DNA of 64,000 nucleotides from UHGV virus genome UHGV-0141541. One strand, written 5' to 3'. Under the pieces are notes generated by a model. It did not search any database. It had not been told where the DNA came from and saw only the letters and a list, made by a program, of their open reading frames with translations. This stretch comes from a virus. Below are positions 10,037-19,689 of this stretch, piece by piece. Numbering within the stretch: the first letter of the stretch is position 1; each line of letters begins with the position of its first letter. Position numbers and translations under genes: made by a program.

Positions 10037-10734
10037 GCAGCCATCTCCCCGGAAGAGATCTTCTCCGCATATGCCACAAATGCGTCTACCCCGCTTTCTC
10101 CCGTCATTTCTTCCATGTGGGCAAGCAAATCACCAACAACAATGGCAGAGCCAGCAGGAAGCGTTTTAAAGCCCAATACGTCGACAACACGTACTTCTTC
10201 CGCTGCAACTTCACGACTGATCTCGGTGTGTTCATCCTTCTGTCGTTTAGTTTCTTCGCCAAGATCGATAACTAGCGAGTCGGTGTCCATTTCTTCTGTC
10301 ATGCTGCCAACGAGAACATTCAACTCACGCTCTTCAAAGCCGAAAACCTCGATATCGTCCAGAACAAGCGACTCAAGCTCTTTCTGTAGCTTAATTGCAT
10401 CGTAATCAATGCTGGCAAGTCGGTTATCTTCAAGGCGCTTCGCACGAACCTCGTCATCACTGAGATCATCGCGAACAATAACCGGTACGCGCTCAAGTCC
10501 AGCAAAAATTGCAGCCTCACGGCGGCCGTGGCCAGTAATAATTACGTCGTTCTTATCGACCGTAATTGGCTGGTCAAATCCGCGCTTTTTAATGGCTGCG
10601 GCTAGATCTCGGATCTGCTGTTCATCATGCTTTTTGGCATTCATCTCATAGGGAATAAGATCTGCCGGGTCGCGATATACGATTTCTAACTTTTTGGTCA
10701 TTACATACGCTCCTTGTAGTAGTCGACCAGCCAC
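10033..10734 (-). CDS. ParB N-terminal (ParB/Srx-like nuclease) domain protein
   Basis: 233 aa; ParB box ITGHGRREAA; acidic C-terminal half; real start may be MTKKLEIVY at 10702. Confidence 0.7.
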   Translation of the reverse strand: MAGRLLQGAYVMTKKLEIVYRDPADLIPYEMNAKKHDEQQIRDLAAAIKKRGFDQPITVDKNDVIITGHGRREAAIFAGLERVPVIVRDDLSDDEVRAKRLEDNRLASIDYDAIKLQKELESLVLDDIEVFGFEERELNVLVGSMTEEMDTDSLVIDLGEETKRQKDEHTEISREVAAEEVRVVDVLGFKTLPAGSAIVVGDLLAHMEEMTGESGVDAFVAYAEKISSGEMAA

Positions 10735-11399
10735 ACCAGAGCCTCACCAGCGTTCTCCATTTCATTACCGGTGTTAATAGCCTGCTCTTTGATGATGTTT
10801 TTTATGGTTTCTGCAACACGATCTGACGCATCGAAAGTTACTTTGAAGCGCATGGTCTGATGTTCCGCACCCACACGTTCGGTTTTCTCTCGTTTGTCGG
10901 TATCGACAGGCTCATCACTACCACGAGACAACGCCTCCAGTGCTTCAAGGTCGATTGCCGCCTCTTTTGCTAAAACCATCGAGATTTCGTCGTCATACGG
11001 GGCGATTTCAGACAGCTGATAGTCAAGTTCTGACTGAATTTCTTCAATGAAGCGTTGCAATGCGATTTGGTCGTCTTCACCGTATCGCTCGTTGTCCACC
11101 AGTGACATCTGTTTAGCTACGACATCGCTAATTTTGCCCACAGAAAGCACCGGAACCGTTGAAATTCCTTGCTCAATAGCAGCACGCCAGCGATGTTCGC
11201 CGCCGAGGATTTCAAAAAATCCATCTTCAAGTTCACGAGCCAAAATTGGCTTAAAAAAGCCCAATTTTTCGATAGAACCTTTCAGTTTTTCAAAATTCTG
11301 CGCACCAACCGAATTGGTGTTCCAGGTATTCGGGCGAAGGTTGGCAACATCAACCTGCAAAATCGTGATTTTTACATCCATTTTATTGCTACAATCCAC
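10701..11399 (-). CDS. ParB N-terminal domain protein (second copy)
   Basis: 232 aa; ParB box ILGGEHRWRAA; directly upstream of first ParB-like gene; start may be MDVKITI at 11381. Confidence 0.7.
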   Translation of the reverse strand: MDCSNKMDVKITILQVDVANLRPNTWNTNSVGAQNFEKLKGSIEKLGFFKPILARELEDGFFEILGGEHRWRAAIEQGISTVPVLSVGKISDVVAKQMSLVDNERYGEDDQIALQRFIEEIQSELDYQLSEIAPYDDEISMVLAKEAAIDLEALEALSRGSDEPVDTDKREKTERVGAEHQTMRFKVTFDASDRVAETIKNIIKEQAINTGNEMENAGEALVWLVDYYKERM

Positions 11400-11463
11400 T
11401 AAGTAATCACTTACTTATTATAATAGCCAAATAACATACAAAAGGCACTAAGGAAAGAGGTTT

Positions 11464-13023
11464 ATGACTGTTCGGATTGTATCTAACGCAGTTAATGCGC
11501 TTATTTCTGGCGCAGATGACAAGGTAAAGCAAATGGTGCAACAGATGTTGAGCTACGAAGTCGAGACTGGCGACTGGAAGGGCACAAGCACGATGTTCAA
11601 CTGGAGTAAAAACTCGTTCCCTGCTGGCTTTGCCAAGCCTGTAGCGGCGAACTTGAACAAGGCGGGCATCAAATGTGTTCATATCCGCAAAGACAAAACC
11701 CCGGCGCTTGGTAAACCAAATCCTGCGGTTAACCCATTCCCATACAATCCTGATTATGCGTATCAGGATCAGACTGTGGAAACACTGGTTCGAGAGGGAA
11801 TGATGATTGCGCAGATCGCTACTGGTGGCGGGAAATCTAACGTTGCCTGCAAAGCAGCTGCACGTATCGGTCGAATGACATTATTTTTAACAACCCGCTC
11901 TGTTCTGATGTTTCAAATGGCCGAAAACTTCCAGAGATCCATCGACTACCGCGCCGAAAATGGCGAACCGTGGTTAAAAGACCAAAAGGTTGGAGTCATT
12001 GGCTCGGGTGAGTTCCAGGTATCACGACATATCAACGTCGCTACAGTTCAAACTCTTGCAAGTTTCCTCGAAGAACCACCACGCGATGCAACACCAGATA
12101 AGAAAAGCTACCACCTCAAACGTCGGGAGTTGGTGAAACGCTTCCTTTCAAGTGTCTCTCTTCTTATTCTGGAAGAGGCGCATGAGTCTTCAGGCTCAAA
12201 TTTCTATGACATCGCCAGATTATGTGTGAACGCAGACTATCGTCTGGCGCTTACAGCCACGCCGTTCATGAAGGATTCGACGGAAGCCAACATGCGCCTG
12301 ATGGCGGTGGCCGGGCGAATTGAAATTAAAGTCACAGAAAAGTACCTGATTGATCGAGGCATTCTGGCAAAGCCGTACTTCCTTTATCATAAAGTTGCCT
12401 ACAAGCCAGACGAGGCCAGAATCAAGGCCGAACTTGCCAACAAACACCTCAATTTTAGAGTTGGTATGAGCACCGCCTACCAAAAGGCTTATCAGTTGGG
12501 GATCGTGTATAATTTGGGACGTAACGAGGCCATTGTTCGCGAAGCATTGCTCTATAAGCAACATTCTCTCAATTGTATGACTCTGGTTCGTCTTAAACGC
12601 CACGGGCAAATCCTGATGGAAATGATGAAAGAGTCCGGCCTTAGAGTTGACTTCATCTATGGGGAATCTAACCAGGCGACAAGGCAAGCAAAGCTGAACA
12701 GTTTAGCGTCTGGAGAAATAGATGTTTTAATAGGCTCGACTATTCTGGATGTCGGTGTTGATGTGCCAAGCGTTGGTGCGGTCATTCTTGCTGGTGGTGG
12801 GAAAGCAGAAGTTGAAATGAGGCAGCGTGTCGGTCGTGGCTTACGAGCCAAAAAAAATCAGGCAAACGTGTGTTTTATCACTGATTTCATTGACATTAGC
12901 AACAAATACCTGTTGTCTCACTCTTATGAGCGAAAACACATCATCGACACCACACCTGGCTTTGCAGAAGGTGTATTGCCTATTGATGGAGCATTCGATT
13001 TTGGAGTTCTGAAACGAGATTAG
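11464..13023 (+). CDS. superfamily 2 DExH helicase
   Basis: 519 aa; motif I ATGGGKS, motif II LEEAHE, motif III TATP, motif VI QRVGRGLR. Confidence 0.8.
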   Translation: MTVRIVSNAVNALISGADDKVKQMVQQMLSYEVETGDWKGTSTMFNWSKNSFPAGFAKPVAANLNKAGIKCVHIRKDKTPALGKPNPAVNPFPYNPDYAYQDQTVETLVREGMMIAQIATGGGKSNVACKAAARIGRMTLFLTTRSVLMFQMAENFQRSIDYRAENGEPWLKDQKVGVIGSGEFQVSRHINVATVQTLASFLEEPPRDATPDKKSYHLKRRELVKRFLSSVSLLILEEAHESSGSNFYDIARLCVNADYRLALTATPFMKDSTEANMRLMAVAGRIEIKVTEKYLIDRGILAKPYFLYHKVAYKPDEARIKAELANKHLNFRVGMSTAYQKAYQLGIVYNLGRNEAIVREALLYKQHSLNCMTLVRLKRHGQILMEMMKESGLRVDFIYGESNQATRQAKLNSLASGEIDVLIGSTILDVGVDVPSVGAVILAGGGKAEVEMRQRVGRGLRAKKNQANVCFITDFIDISNKYLLSHSYERKHIIDTTPGFAEGVLPIDGAFDFGVLKRD

Positions 13024-13025
13024 TT

Positions 13026-13304
13026 ATGAGCGAAAAGAAAACAACTTATTGTCAGGTAGCATTGTCTGATAAGGCCAATGACAAACTTGGAAAGTTTCAA
13101 GTGAAACTAAAAGAAAAAAATATCAAAATGTCTAAGGCTGAAGTCATAAATACCATTCTGGAACAATTGACAATGGCCGACTTTGACAAGGTTATATCTT
13201 CTGTCGGGGCTTCCGCTAAGACTCGTGAGAAAATCATGCGTATCTATGAGAACTCTAATATGACAAAGGAAGATCTCGAAACGCTATTAAGCAGATTAAA
13301 ATAA
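13026..13304 (+). CDS. hypothetical protein
   Basis: 92 aa ORF immediately after helicase stop; K/E-rich. Confidence 0.5.
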   Translation: MSEKKTTYCQVALSDKANDKLGKFQVKLKEKNIKMSKAEVINTILEQLTMADFDKVISSVGASAKTREKIMRIYENSNMTKEDLETLLSRLK

Positions 13305-13330
13305 TCACGCTATCAATTAGGGAGACAAAG

Positions 13331-13795
13331 ATGAAGTCTCCCATACTGTTCACTTTCTGTTCTAAAACTATCATGAAATACTCGCTTCTCCCTCTACTAA
13401 CGTTACCAGTGTTGATGCTTACCGCGTGCCAATCACGCCCAATATCAATCCATGACGCCAAACCAGCACCGCAGGCCAAAGTGTTCAAGTATCAAAGCGC
13501 AGCGCCAGCTACGTTGGTGGTAATGAGAGACACAGGTTTTGTAGGAGCTGGATGTGATGCTTCCATTTTCATCAACGGCGAAACTGTCGCAAAACTGGCT
13601 ACAGGCGAAAAAGCGACTTTCCATTTAAATGCCGGAGAATTAATTGTGGGTGCATCTCTTGAAGGTGCAGGTTTATGTGCTCTAAACCCCGCTCGTCAAG
13701 AGCGAGAAACGACTCTGAAGAATAGAGACACAAAAGCGTTCAGGGTGTTCACCAGCAATTCTGGTGACATCGACATTCTGCCAACAACTCTGTGA
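13331..13795 (+). CDS. putative lipoprotein
   Basis: 154 aa; RBS GGGAG; signal peptide with lipobox LTAC. Confidence 0.6.
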   Translation: MKSPILFTFCSKTIMKYSLLPLLTLPVLMLTACQSRPISIHDAKPAPQAKVFKYQSAAPATLVVMRDTGFVGAGCDASIFINGETVAKLATGEKATFHLNAGELIVGASLEGAGLCALNPARQERETTLKNRDTKAFRVFTSNSGDIDILPTTL

Positions 13796-13799
13796 TGAC

Positions 13800-14324
13800 A
13801 TGACAACCAAAGATATTACCTACGGTATCCAAGCTGAACTCTGGCCGCGAGATTACACTAACGTTGAAAAACTACTGATGTTCTGGCGCAGAGAACAAAT
13901 TCCTGTAAGGGTCACTCTCGAAGATGGCCAGGCGTTTTGCATGTACGTTTATGGCCTCATGCCATCTCGTAACAAAGTTGACCTTTGCCCAGCCCCTTTT
14001 GACAAAGAAAATCGTATAAGGCTCCCACTTGAACGCATTAGTACAATTGAATCAGGTGTGGTTGACAGTATCGCTCACGATTTCAAAGGTCGACTAACAG
14101 TTCACCCTGATTATGTCGATAATCGGCCATCACGCCGCGATTTTTTTGCAATTTGCAACCAAGCCTACAAAGCAAACAAATCTATAAGGGTGTACATGGC
14201 GGATGGCCGTGAAATTGAGGGGGTGTCAGCAGGCGCAGATGCTTGTCAGGTTACACTACGTGTCGAGAACGGTAGAAAAATAGTTGTTTTGTTCGATTGG
14301 GTTGAACGAATTTTGCCTTTTTGA
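13800..14324 (+). CDS. hypothetical protein
   Basis: ORF track 13764-14324; start moved to MTTKD just after the upstream stop. Confidence 0.5.
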   Translation: MTTKDITYGIQAELWPRDYTNVEKLLMFWRREQIPVRVTLEDGQAFCMYVYGLMPSRNKVDLCPAPFDKENRIRLPLERISTIESGVVDSIAHDFKGRLTVHPDYVDNRPSRRDFFAICNQAYKANKSIRVYMADGREIEGVSAGADACQVTLRVENGRKIVVLFDWVERILPF

Positions 14325-14327
14325 GTT

Positions 14328-14636
14328 ATGAAATCGATATTGTTACCACCATTATTTTTACTTTGCTCAGTTGCGGCAAATGCAATGGACTATAAGCCTG
14401 TCATTCAGTCGCTGATGAATGACGTGTGCTCAACGTCTCAGAATGTATCAGTTTGCATGTATCAATTTTCGGCAGCCGTAAAAGCAGGAAAAGCGATAGG
14501 TGAGAATGTGGAACTGTGTAAGAAAGTGGCAAATGAAGAACGGGCAATGTTGGATTGCGAATCTAGCGAGTCATCGGCACAGTTCGTTGATACGCTATTT
14601 GACACCAATCGTAAGGCTGTAGAGTCTGTTCAATAA
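14328..14636 (+). CDS. small secreted protein (signal peptide)
   Basis: 102 aa; N-terminal hydrophobic signal MKSILLPPLFLLCSVAANA. Confidence 0.5.
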   Translation: MKSILLPPLFLLCSVAANAMDYKPVIQSLMNDVCSTSQNVSVCMYQFSAAVKAGKAIGENVELCKKVANEERAMLDCESSESSAQFVDTLFDTNRKAVESVQ

Positions 14637-14648
14637 ATCTATAAGGTT

Positions 14649-14680
14649 AATAACCGGCTAAGTCCGGTTATTATTTTTCA
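14649..14680 (+). terminator. intrinsic terminator
   Basis: hairpin AACCGG-CTAAGT-CCGGTT followed by T-run ATTATTTTT after the 14328-14636 gene. Confidence 0.5.
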
Positions 14681-14826
14681 TATCACTTCTTTATATCTAC
14701 AAATCAAATAACCTAAATATATATAAGGTCTAAAGCCGCAATCGATTATTTATTTAGGGAACACCTTCGACGATCTCGCTTTTATTTCTAGGACTTTCAT
14801 CCCTGCAAAAAATTTTAAAAAAACAC

Positions 14827-14854
14827 TTGCAATCTTTTTTCGCGTATCGATAAT
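14827..14854 (+). promoter_or_regulatory. sigma70-like promoter of AT-rich cassette
   Basis: TTGCAA - 16 bp - GATAAT about 65 bp upstream of the 14920 start codon; read by eye, not scored. Confidence 0.35.
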
Positions 14855-14919
14855 TGAACTCGTCGAAAGCGAAGACGCTAACGACAATAAATTTTAAATT
14901 TACATAAGGAAAAATTATC

Positions 14920-15570
14920 ATGGCTAACATTATCATTTCTAAAAAGTCCATCATTGAAGCTGCATCTATTGTATCCGACGAGCTGCGCGAAAAAGCAGAT
15001 CTGGCAACTCAAACATATAACGAACATTATAAATATGGTACGCACACTAAAGCAGACAAAGCAAATATGCAAGCTGCGACCACTAAACTTGCTTACTTCA
15101 TCAACAACGTCGTAAACGCAGTAGAAGACGAAAAATTATGCTCTGTTTTCTACTATGCGATTAAAGCAAGCAAACAAGCGCCAGAAGTATTTTTCCGTGA
15201 TGCAATGACTAATAGTTATTCTCTGGAAAAACTGGTTTATCTGGTTAAATCAATTAAATCTGGTAAATGCGTTTATTCCATCGCTGATATGTCAGGATCT
15301 CGTGTATTCGCTTTAATCGATATGATTAACGACGAGATCGACACGTTCACCAATGGCGCTGTTTTCGATTTAATGAATGAAGCTAAAAAAGCGTGTGAAA
15401 TTAAATTGGACGCTGGCTATACTCAAGCCAACCAGTTGATCAATCTTTGCGAACGTCTCGGACTTGTTGAAAAAGTCAAAGGAGCTGGGAGCGCCAAAGC
15501 TGGTACGCAGCAATATCGCTTCATTAAAAATGATTTCTACAATTATTTAGCTGATGCTTTCAAAGCGTAA
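14920..15570 (+). CDS. hypothetical protein (AT-rich accessory cassette gene 1)
   Basis: 216 aa; strong RBS AGGA; markedly AT-rich relative to surrounding genes; no motif recognised. Confidence 0.6.
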   Translation: MANIIISKKSIIEAASIVSDELREKADLATQTYNEHYKYGTHTKADKANMQAATTKLAYFINNVVNAVEDEKLCSVFYYAIKASKQAPEVFFRDAMTNSYSLEKLVYLVKSIKSGKCVYSIADMSGSRVFALIDMINDEIDTFTNGAVFDLMNEAKKACEIKLDAGYTQANQLINLCERLGLVEKVKGAGSAKAGTQQYRFIKNDFYNYLADAFKA

Positions 15571-15583
15571 TTAATGGAATCAA

Positions 15584-15603
15584 GCGCCCACTATGGGCGC
15601 TTT
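15584..15603 (+). terminator. intergenic hairpin (attenuator) within cassette
   Basis: GCGCCCA-CTA-TGGGCGC followed by TTT; the identical 17-mer recurs at 16080. Confidence 0.45.
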
Positions 15604-15618
15604 AAAGGAGCTTTAAAA

Positions 15619-15822
15619 ATGGTCAGCTATGACAAGATCCGCGCAGAATATCGCGCAAAGTATCGCGCTTATAAACTGGAATTAATCGATGATTTGATCG
15701 CGCAACGCGACCAATTAAATTTTACGTTTTCTGATTTGCTTAACAGCAAGCGAGATTGCAAGCGCAAACGTGAATACTTACGTTTAAGCGCATTAATCGG
15801 AAAACTTCAAAATTCTATTTAA
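15619..15822 (+). CDS. hypothetical protein (cassette gene 2)
   Basis: ORF track 15574-15822; start moved to MVSYDK (RBS AAGGAG 9 nt upstream) because the upstream part overlaps the hairpin; 67 aa. Confidence 0.5.
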   Translation: MVSYDKIRAEYRAKYRAYKLELIDDLIAQRDQLNFTFSDLLNSKRDCKRKREYLRLSALIGKLQNSI

Positions 15823-15842
15823 TTTTTTTAAGGAGCTTAATC

Positions 15843-16073
15843 ATGTTTGTTCTTATCGCTGGCGTTAACGTCCATAACGAATATTATGTTAATCGCATCG
15901 CTGGGATCGCTGGTTACGCTGGGCGCGCAGTCGAGCTTATAGATGAAACAACGCGCAAAATTGACTTATTGAGCGACCAGGAGCGAAAAAAAGCAGACGT
16001 GAACGACGCTGATATATTTTTAATGTTAAAAGCGTTTGTAGAAATGGGATTTGAAATCAGTTTACATAAATAA
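15843..16073 (+). CDS. hypothetical protein (cassette gene 3)
   Basis: 76 aa; RBS AAGGAG; AT-rich. Confidence 0.5.
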   Translation: MFVLIAGVNVHNEYYVNRIAGIAGYAGRAVELIDETTRKIDLLSDQERKKADVNDADIFLMLKAFVEMGFEISLHK

Positions 16074-16078
16074 AATCG

Positions 16079-16103
16079 AGCGCCCACTATGGGCGCTTTT
16101 TTC
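16079..16103 (+). terminator. intrinsic terminator
   Basis: GCGCCCACTATGGGCGC hairpin followed by TTTTTT. Confidence 0.6.
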
Positions 16104-16123
16104 GTTTCCAATACTTCCACCAT

Positions 16124-16149
16124 AACGCGCCATCATTGGCGCGTTTTTT
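16124..16149 (+). terminator. second tandem intrinsic terminator
   Basis: ACGCGCC-ATCATT-GGCGCGT hairpin followed by TTTTTTA. Confidence 0.6.
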
Positions 16150-16559
16150 ATTGTCTTTAGCTCACTCCAACAACATAAAAATAAGCGCCAAAATAACGCC
16201 ATAGACGCGCTTTTATATCCTTGTCAGTACATACCCATTACTTAACACATTAACGCGCTTAAAATGAGTTATATTGCGCTATAACGTATGGCTAATCATT
16301 AATTTTTATTCTTGCTATGTGATCCGCGTTTATTTGTCGGCGCGGATCGGCATTTTGTTTTGTTCCGTATCCGCTCGCGTATTATGTGCGCGTGATTTTT
16401 CACATAATCACACCACTTAATCACGTATGTGATTACGCTACGAAAGAAATCTGGATGTCTCAGGCGACGAAAGTCATCATAATTTTCCCCGCTCACCTGT
16501 CCGACAACCGCTGGTTGGATTCCACCAGCTTCCCGATGTTTTTTCTACACAAAGGCGAA

Positions 16560-16680
16560 TGCAGCCGTTTCCCGAAAAAATCCTGGCCGTTCCCCGTCGG
16601 CTCATGAATACGTTCCTCGCCGTTTCTGAAAATTTCCCTGCGGCAGCTGGTGGCTATAGAGAAAGGGCCGTTTCTGGCCC
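16560..16680. repeat. iteron-like direct repeats, consensus GCCGTTTCCCGAA (4 copies)
   Basis: copies at about 16564, 16586, 16619 and 16668 in a noncoding stretch; same family recurs at 19690-19830. Confidence 0.6.
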
Positions 16681-16689
16681 TCTTCTCAG

Positions 16690-17172
16690 TTACACGCCAT
16701 CAAGGATGTGGATGCGGTTGCTTGCGTATACATTCAGCATAAAGTTAGCGCAAAACAGTTTCCATGTATCAACGCCAGCGGTATACGTAATGTTTTTGCA
16801 TTTAATTGCATTGTTGGCGATCCGCATCCCCTGCGATACTGCTTCATCGTCGGAAAATTTGAACGACGATTGAGTTTTAATCCAGACAGAAATCTGCGTA
16901 GCGAACTCAATCAGCTTGGACTGGCAGAATCGCCCGGAGCGCACCGGAAAGACGAACGTTCCGAATCCAGAATTTACCACATACGCTTTCTCAAATACCC
17001 GCGAGTAACGACGATTGCCAATGATGTCGCGTGCAATAATGCATTTTTCTTGTGCTGACAGTTCTACCGTCTCATTGTCGCGCCATGCACCAAGTACTCG
17101 TTTTTCAATGTCAGAGAACGTTACAGCGATATTGCCATGTGCGGGTGCGTTTACAGTAGCGATAAAATTCAT
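16690..17172 (-). CDS. hypothetical protein
   Basis: 160 aa ORF preceded by the AACAAATTGTTTTCT motif at 17194-17226. Confidence 0.5.
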   Translation of the reverse strand: MNFIATVNAPAHGNIAVTFSDIEKRVLGAWRDNETVELSAQEKCIIARDIIGNRRYSRVFEKAYVVNSGFGTFVFPVRSGRFCQSKLIEFATQISVWIKTQSSFKFSDDEAVSQGMRIANNAIKCKNITYTAGVDTWKLFCANFMLNVYASNRIHILDGV

Positions 17173-17522
17173 GATTAATTCCTTATCGTAAATAACAAAT
17201 TGTTTTCTTGTTGGCGTTAATTATCGTTGTACGAATAAGGCGTCAAAGTGGAAAGTTACGGTAGCCGGACGGGAACAGGTGGGTTTGTCGGTTGCCTGGA
17301 GGTAAGAGGTTGGTGTTTTTAGCCTGCGGGAAACAAGATGGTCATTTAAGGCCACCAATGCTGATGGCCTTAATAATTATCGCCCGATTACGCTAAGGAT
17401 CTTTTCCTCAACTGATTTGTTGTTGCGACTAAACTGCCTTGCGTATCTGATGACAGAAGAGGCGTTTTGCTTTCTGACCATCTCGGCTCTTTCCTTCAGG
17501 CGTTTCTTGAAATCGCCCATAT

Positions 17523-17897
17523 TTACCACCAGGCGCAGAAGGTCAGTCTGTTATTGTGAAAGTCGTGGTTCTTAATCAGATCTTCCACAAGCTCTTTCAA
17601 CTCCCCCACATCATGCCAGTAACCTTCATCGTACTCCTGACTGCCGAAGAAAAAACCTTCCCGGGTAGGCAAGTACTCTTCGCAATTACTTTCGTTTATG
17701 TGCATCAAATGAGCTTTCAGAAGACAAATGTCATTCATCGTTAATTCTAAAAGCTCACAATTTTCGACTTCACCTACGTTGCGCTCCATCCACCCAACGA
17801 GCGCATTGAACTTACGGAAGTAAGCAACCTGCTTTCTGGATGCCTCGTTATTCAGATCGTTTTTAGGCTGTGTCTCGATATAGATATCAAGTCCCAT
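17523..17897 (-). CDS. hypothetical protein
   Basis: ORF track 17523-17939; start moved to MGLDIY (RBS AAGGAA 6 nt upstream); W/C/H-containing C-terminus. Confidence 0.5.
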   Translation of the reverse strand: MGLDIYIETQPKNDLNNEASRKQVAYFRKFNALVGWMERNVGEVENCELLELTMNDICLLKAHLMHINESNCEEYLPTREGFFFGSQEYDEGYWHDVGELKELVEDLIKNHDFHNNRLTFCAWW

Positions 17898-18014
17898 GAT
17901 GGTTTCCTTATTAAGTTGCTTCAGTGAAATCATTTTCACAAATCAGATAAGGCAGAAAACAAATTGTTATCGGGCTTAATAAAATGGCGCGGTTTACGCG
18001 CCATTCAAAGAGGA

Positions 18015-18410
18015 TTAAGCGAATACGCTTTCAGGAATTAAGGTGTCAGCAGGAATGCCGGAGGTAATGCGCAGGCCGTACTGACCAATCCAGGTAGTGT
18101 TGGTATTCAGGCTGGAGGCGAATACGGTGTTAACCATATTCATCATGGTTTCAAACACCTCTTCATCAACCTGGCGGAAGTAGTTCTCGATTTTCAGCAG
18201 CAGCGGGTCAGTTGCATCGAAAATAGACTGGTATTGAGTCGCGTACTCGCCGCCGGAGGCATCACCTTTACGCACGATCGTACTGGCCTGGACTTCGGCA
18301 CCAGTTTCGGTGTTGTACGTAACAACGGTGATTTTTGCCACATTCTTACCTTCGGCGGTTTCAGAGGCATAGTAAACATCAACTGTCAGTTTTTCGCGTT
18401 TAACGGTCAT
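18015..18410 (-). CDS. hypothetical protein
   Basis: 131 aa; RBS GGAGAG; followed by hairpin terminator AATGGCGCG-GTTTA-CGCGCCATT. Confidence 0.5.
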   Translation of the reverse strand: MTVKREKLTVDVYYASETAEGKNVAKITVVTYNTETGAEVQASTIVRKGDASGGEYATQYQSIFDATDPLLLKIENYFRQVDEEVFETMMNMVNTVFASSLNTNTTWIGQYGLRITSGIPADTLIPESVFA

Positions 18411-18474
18411 TTCACTCTCCGTAGTGTCTTAGTTATTTTTATATTTTATAGTCGTAAGTATGTACTTACAATAC

Positions 18475-18503
18475 AAAAAGCCCCGTAAGGATGGCGGGGC
18501 TGT
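18475..18503 (-). terminator. intrinsic terminator
   Basis: minus-strand hairpin GCCCCGCC-ATCCTTA-CGGGGC followed by TTTTTG, after the 18536-18850 gene. Confidence 0.55.
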
Positions 18504-18535
18504 CGTACTGTCGACTAATTACCACTTGCACATTA

Positions 18536-18850
18536 TCAGGCTATTGCCATCACTGATGCTCTCTGAATCTCTTGCTGGGCCACGCGGTTAACTTCCATCA
18601 AAGCCAGTTCGAGCTGATGTTCCGGCCACATTCTTTGAAATGCCACCCAGCCTTTTCCACGCTGGCGACGAACATTCATTACATAACGAGTAAAGGTGTT
18701 TTTATCGAAAGACACCGCTGTTTCACGGAACAGACGAATAGAGGTTCCATTGGCAACGATGTCCAGCAAAGTTAATTGAGCAACCAGCGCAGGCTTCTCT
18801 TTTCGCTTCTGGTCTTTGTCCAGACCAAGAACCAATGATTTTTTCATCAT
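18536..18850 (-). CDS. hypothetical protein
   Basis: ORF track 18536-18877; start moved to MMKKSL (RBS GGAG) because the upstream part overlaps the conserved intergenic motif. Confidence 0.5.
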   Translation of the reverse strand: MMKKSLVLGLDKDQKRKEKPALVAQLTLLDIVANGTSIRLFRETAVSFDKNTFTRYVMNVRRQRGKGWVAFQRMWPEHQLELALMEVNRVAQQEIQRASVMAIA

Positions 18851-19000
18851 AACTCCGTAAACAACTTGTTTTCTCAATGGCGTAAATAATACCAGTAAGA
18901 AAACGGCTACAAAGCATATTGATCAGGCGCATGAGCGATATGCAGGTTCTTCCCTGCGGCTACAGAGAAGTTAAGCCAGCAATGCTGGCTTTGGTTGGGT

Positions 19001-19330
19001 TTACTCGAATACCTCAAGAAACTCCTGAACGTCCCAATGCTGGACAAGATGAAGATAGACCTTAGAAATCACGTCATTCTCGCTATCGCATGTGAAGTAG
19101 TACTTCTGGCTGCGGTTGTATGTGTCCACACAAAATTCGCTCATATCCATAAAGTCAGCATCTTCACCCAGGTCGCAAATCATCAAAGCAGGTGCGTCAT
19201 CACGAGTCATCAGCTCAAGCACCCACCGCGAATTGATCAGAGTGGAAGACCAACCTTCTAACTCATAAAACTGATCAAACTCTTTTTGAGTTAATTTCTT
19301 GATTTGGTTGATGTCGATATGTGCAAACAT
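19001..19330 (-). CDS. hypothetical acidic protein
   Basis: ORF track 19001-19351; start moved to MFAHIDIN (RBS AAGGA 7 nt upstream). Confidence 0.5.
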   Translation of the reverse strand: MFAHIDINQIKKLTQKEFDQFYELEGWSSTLINSRWVLELMTRDDAPALMICDLGEDADFMDMSEFCVDTYNRSQKYYFTCDSENDVISKVYLHLVQHWDVQEFLEVFE

Positions 19331-19342
19331 AAAGCAATCCTT

Positions 19343-19375
19343 AAACAACATGTTTTCTTATTGGTGTTATTATCG
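19343..19375 (-). promoter_or_regulatory. example of recurrent dyad motif family 1 (AACAAnTTGTTTTCT-TATTGG-N-TAATTATCG)
   Basis: AAACAACATGTTTTCTTATTGGTGTTATTATCG immediately upstream of the 19330 start; near-identical copies listed in findings. Confidence 0.5.
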
Positions 19376-19689
19376 TAATAACGCACAGGCGAAAAAGGAT
19401 TTTATTCCGGTGAATGTTGTTTTGGCAGTGAGTTTTCAGGTTCAGTACCGAGTACACTTTTTACATTATTCTGATTTAGTGGCCGAAAGTGGCTGGTGGG
19501 TAGAATAATCCTCTCCCCGGAAACCTACTGAAATCGATTGTGACCCGTTGGCTGTCTGGCACAATTACGCTGTAACTGGGTATTCAGAGGGAGTCCAACG
19601 GTAAGTTAGTCCGCCTGCACGTGAGCGCCTCTCTTCTTCCCGCACATTACAGGTGGGTAGCTGCAACTCTCCCTATCGCTATACCGGTA

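Noticed and set aside
14754-14954. 66-aa minus-strand ORF in the promoter region of the AT-rich cassette
   Set aside because: Antisense to the cassette promoter and start; AT-rich frame artefact.
17400-17520. 47-aa basic ORF (MGDFKKRLKERAEM...) starting 2 nt after the stop of the 17523-17897 gene
   Set aside because: Could be a real translationally coupled small protein, but it is below the size threshold, has no RBS and no recognisable motif; noted only.
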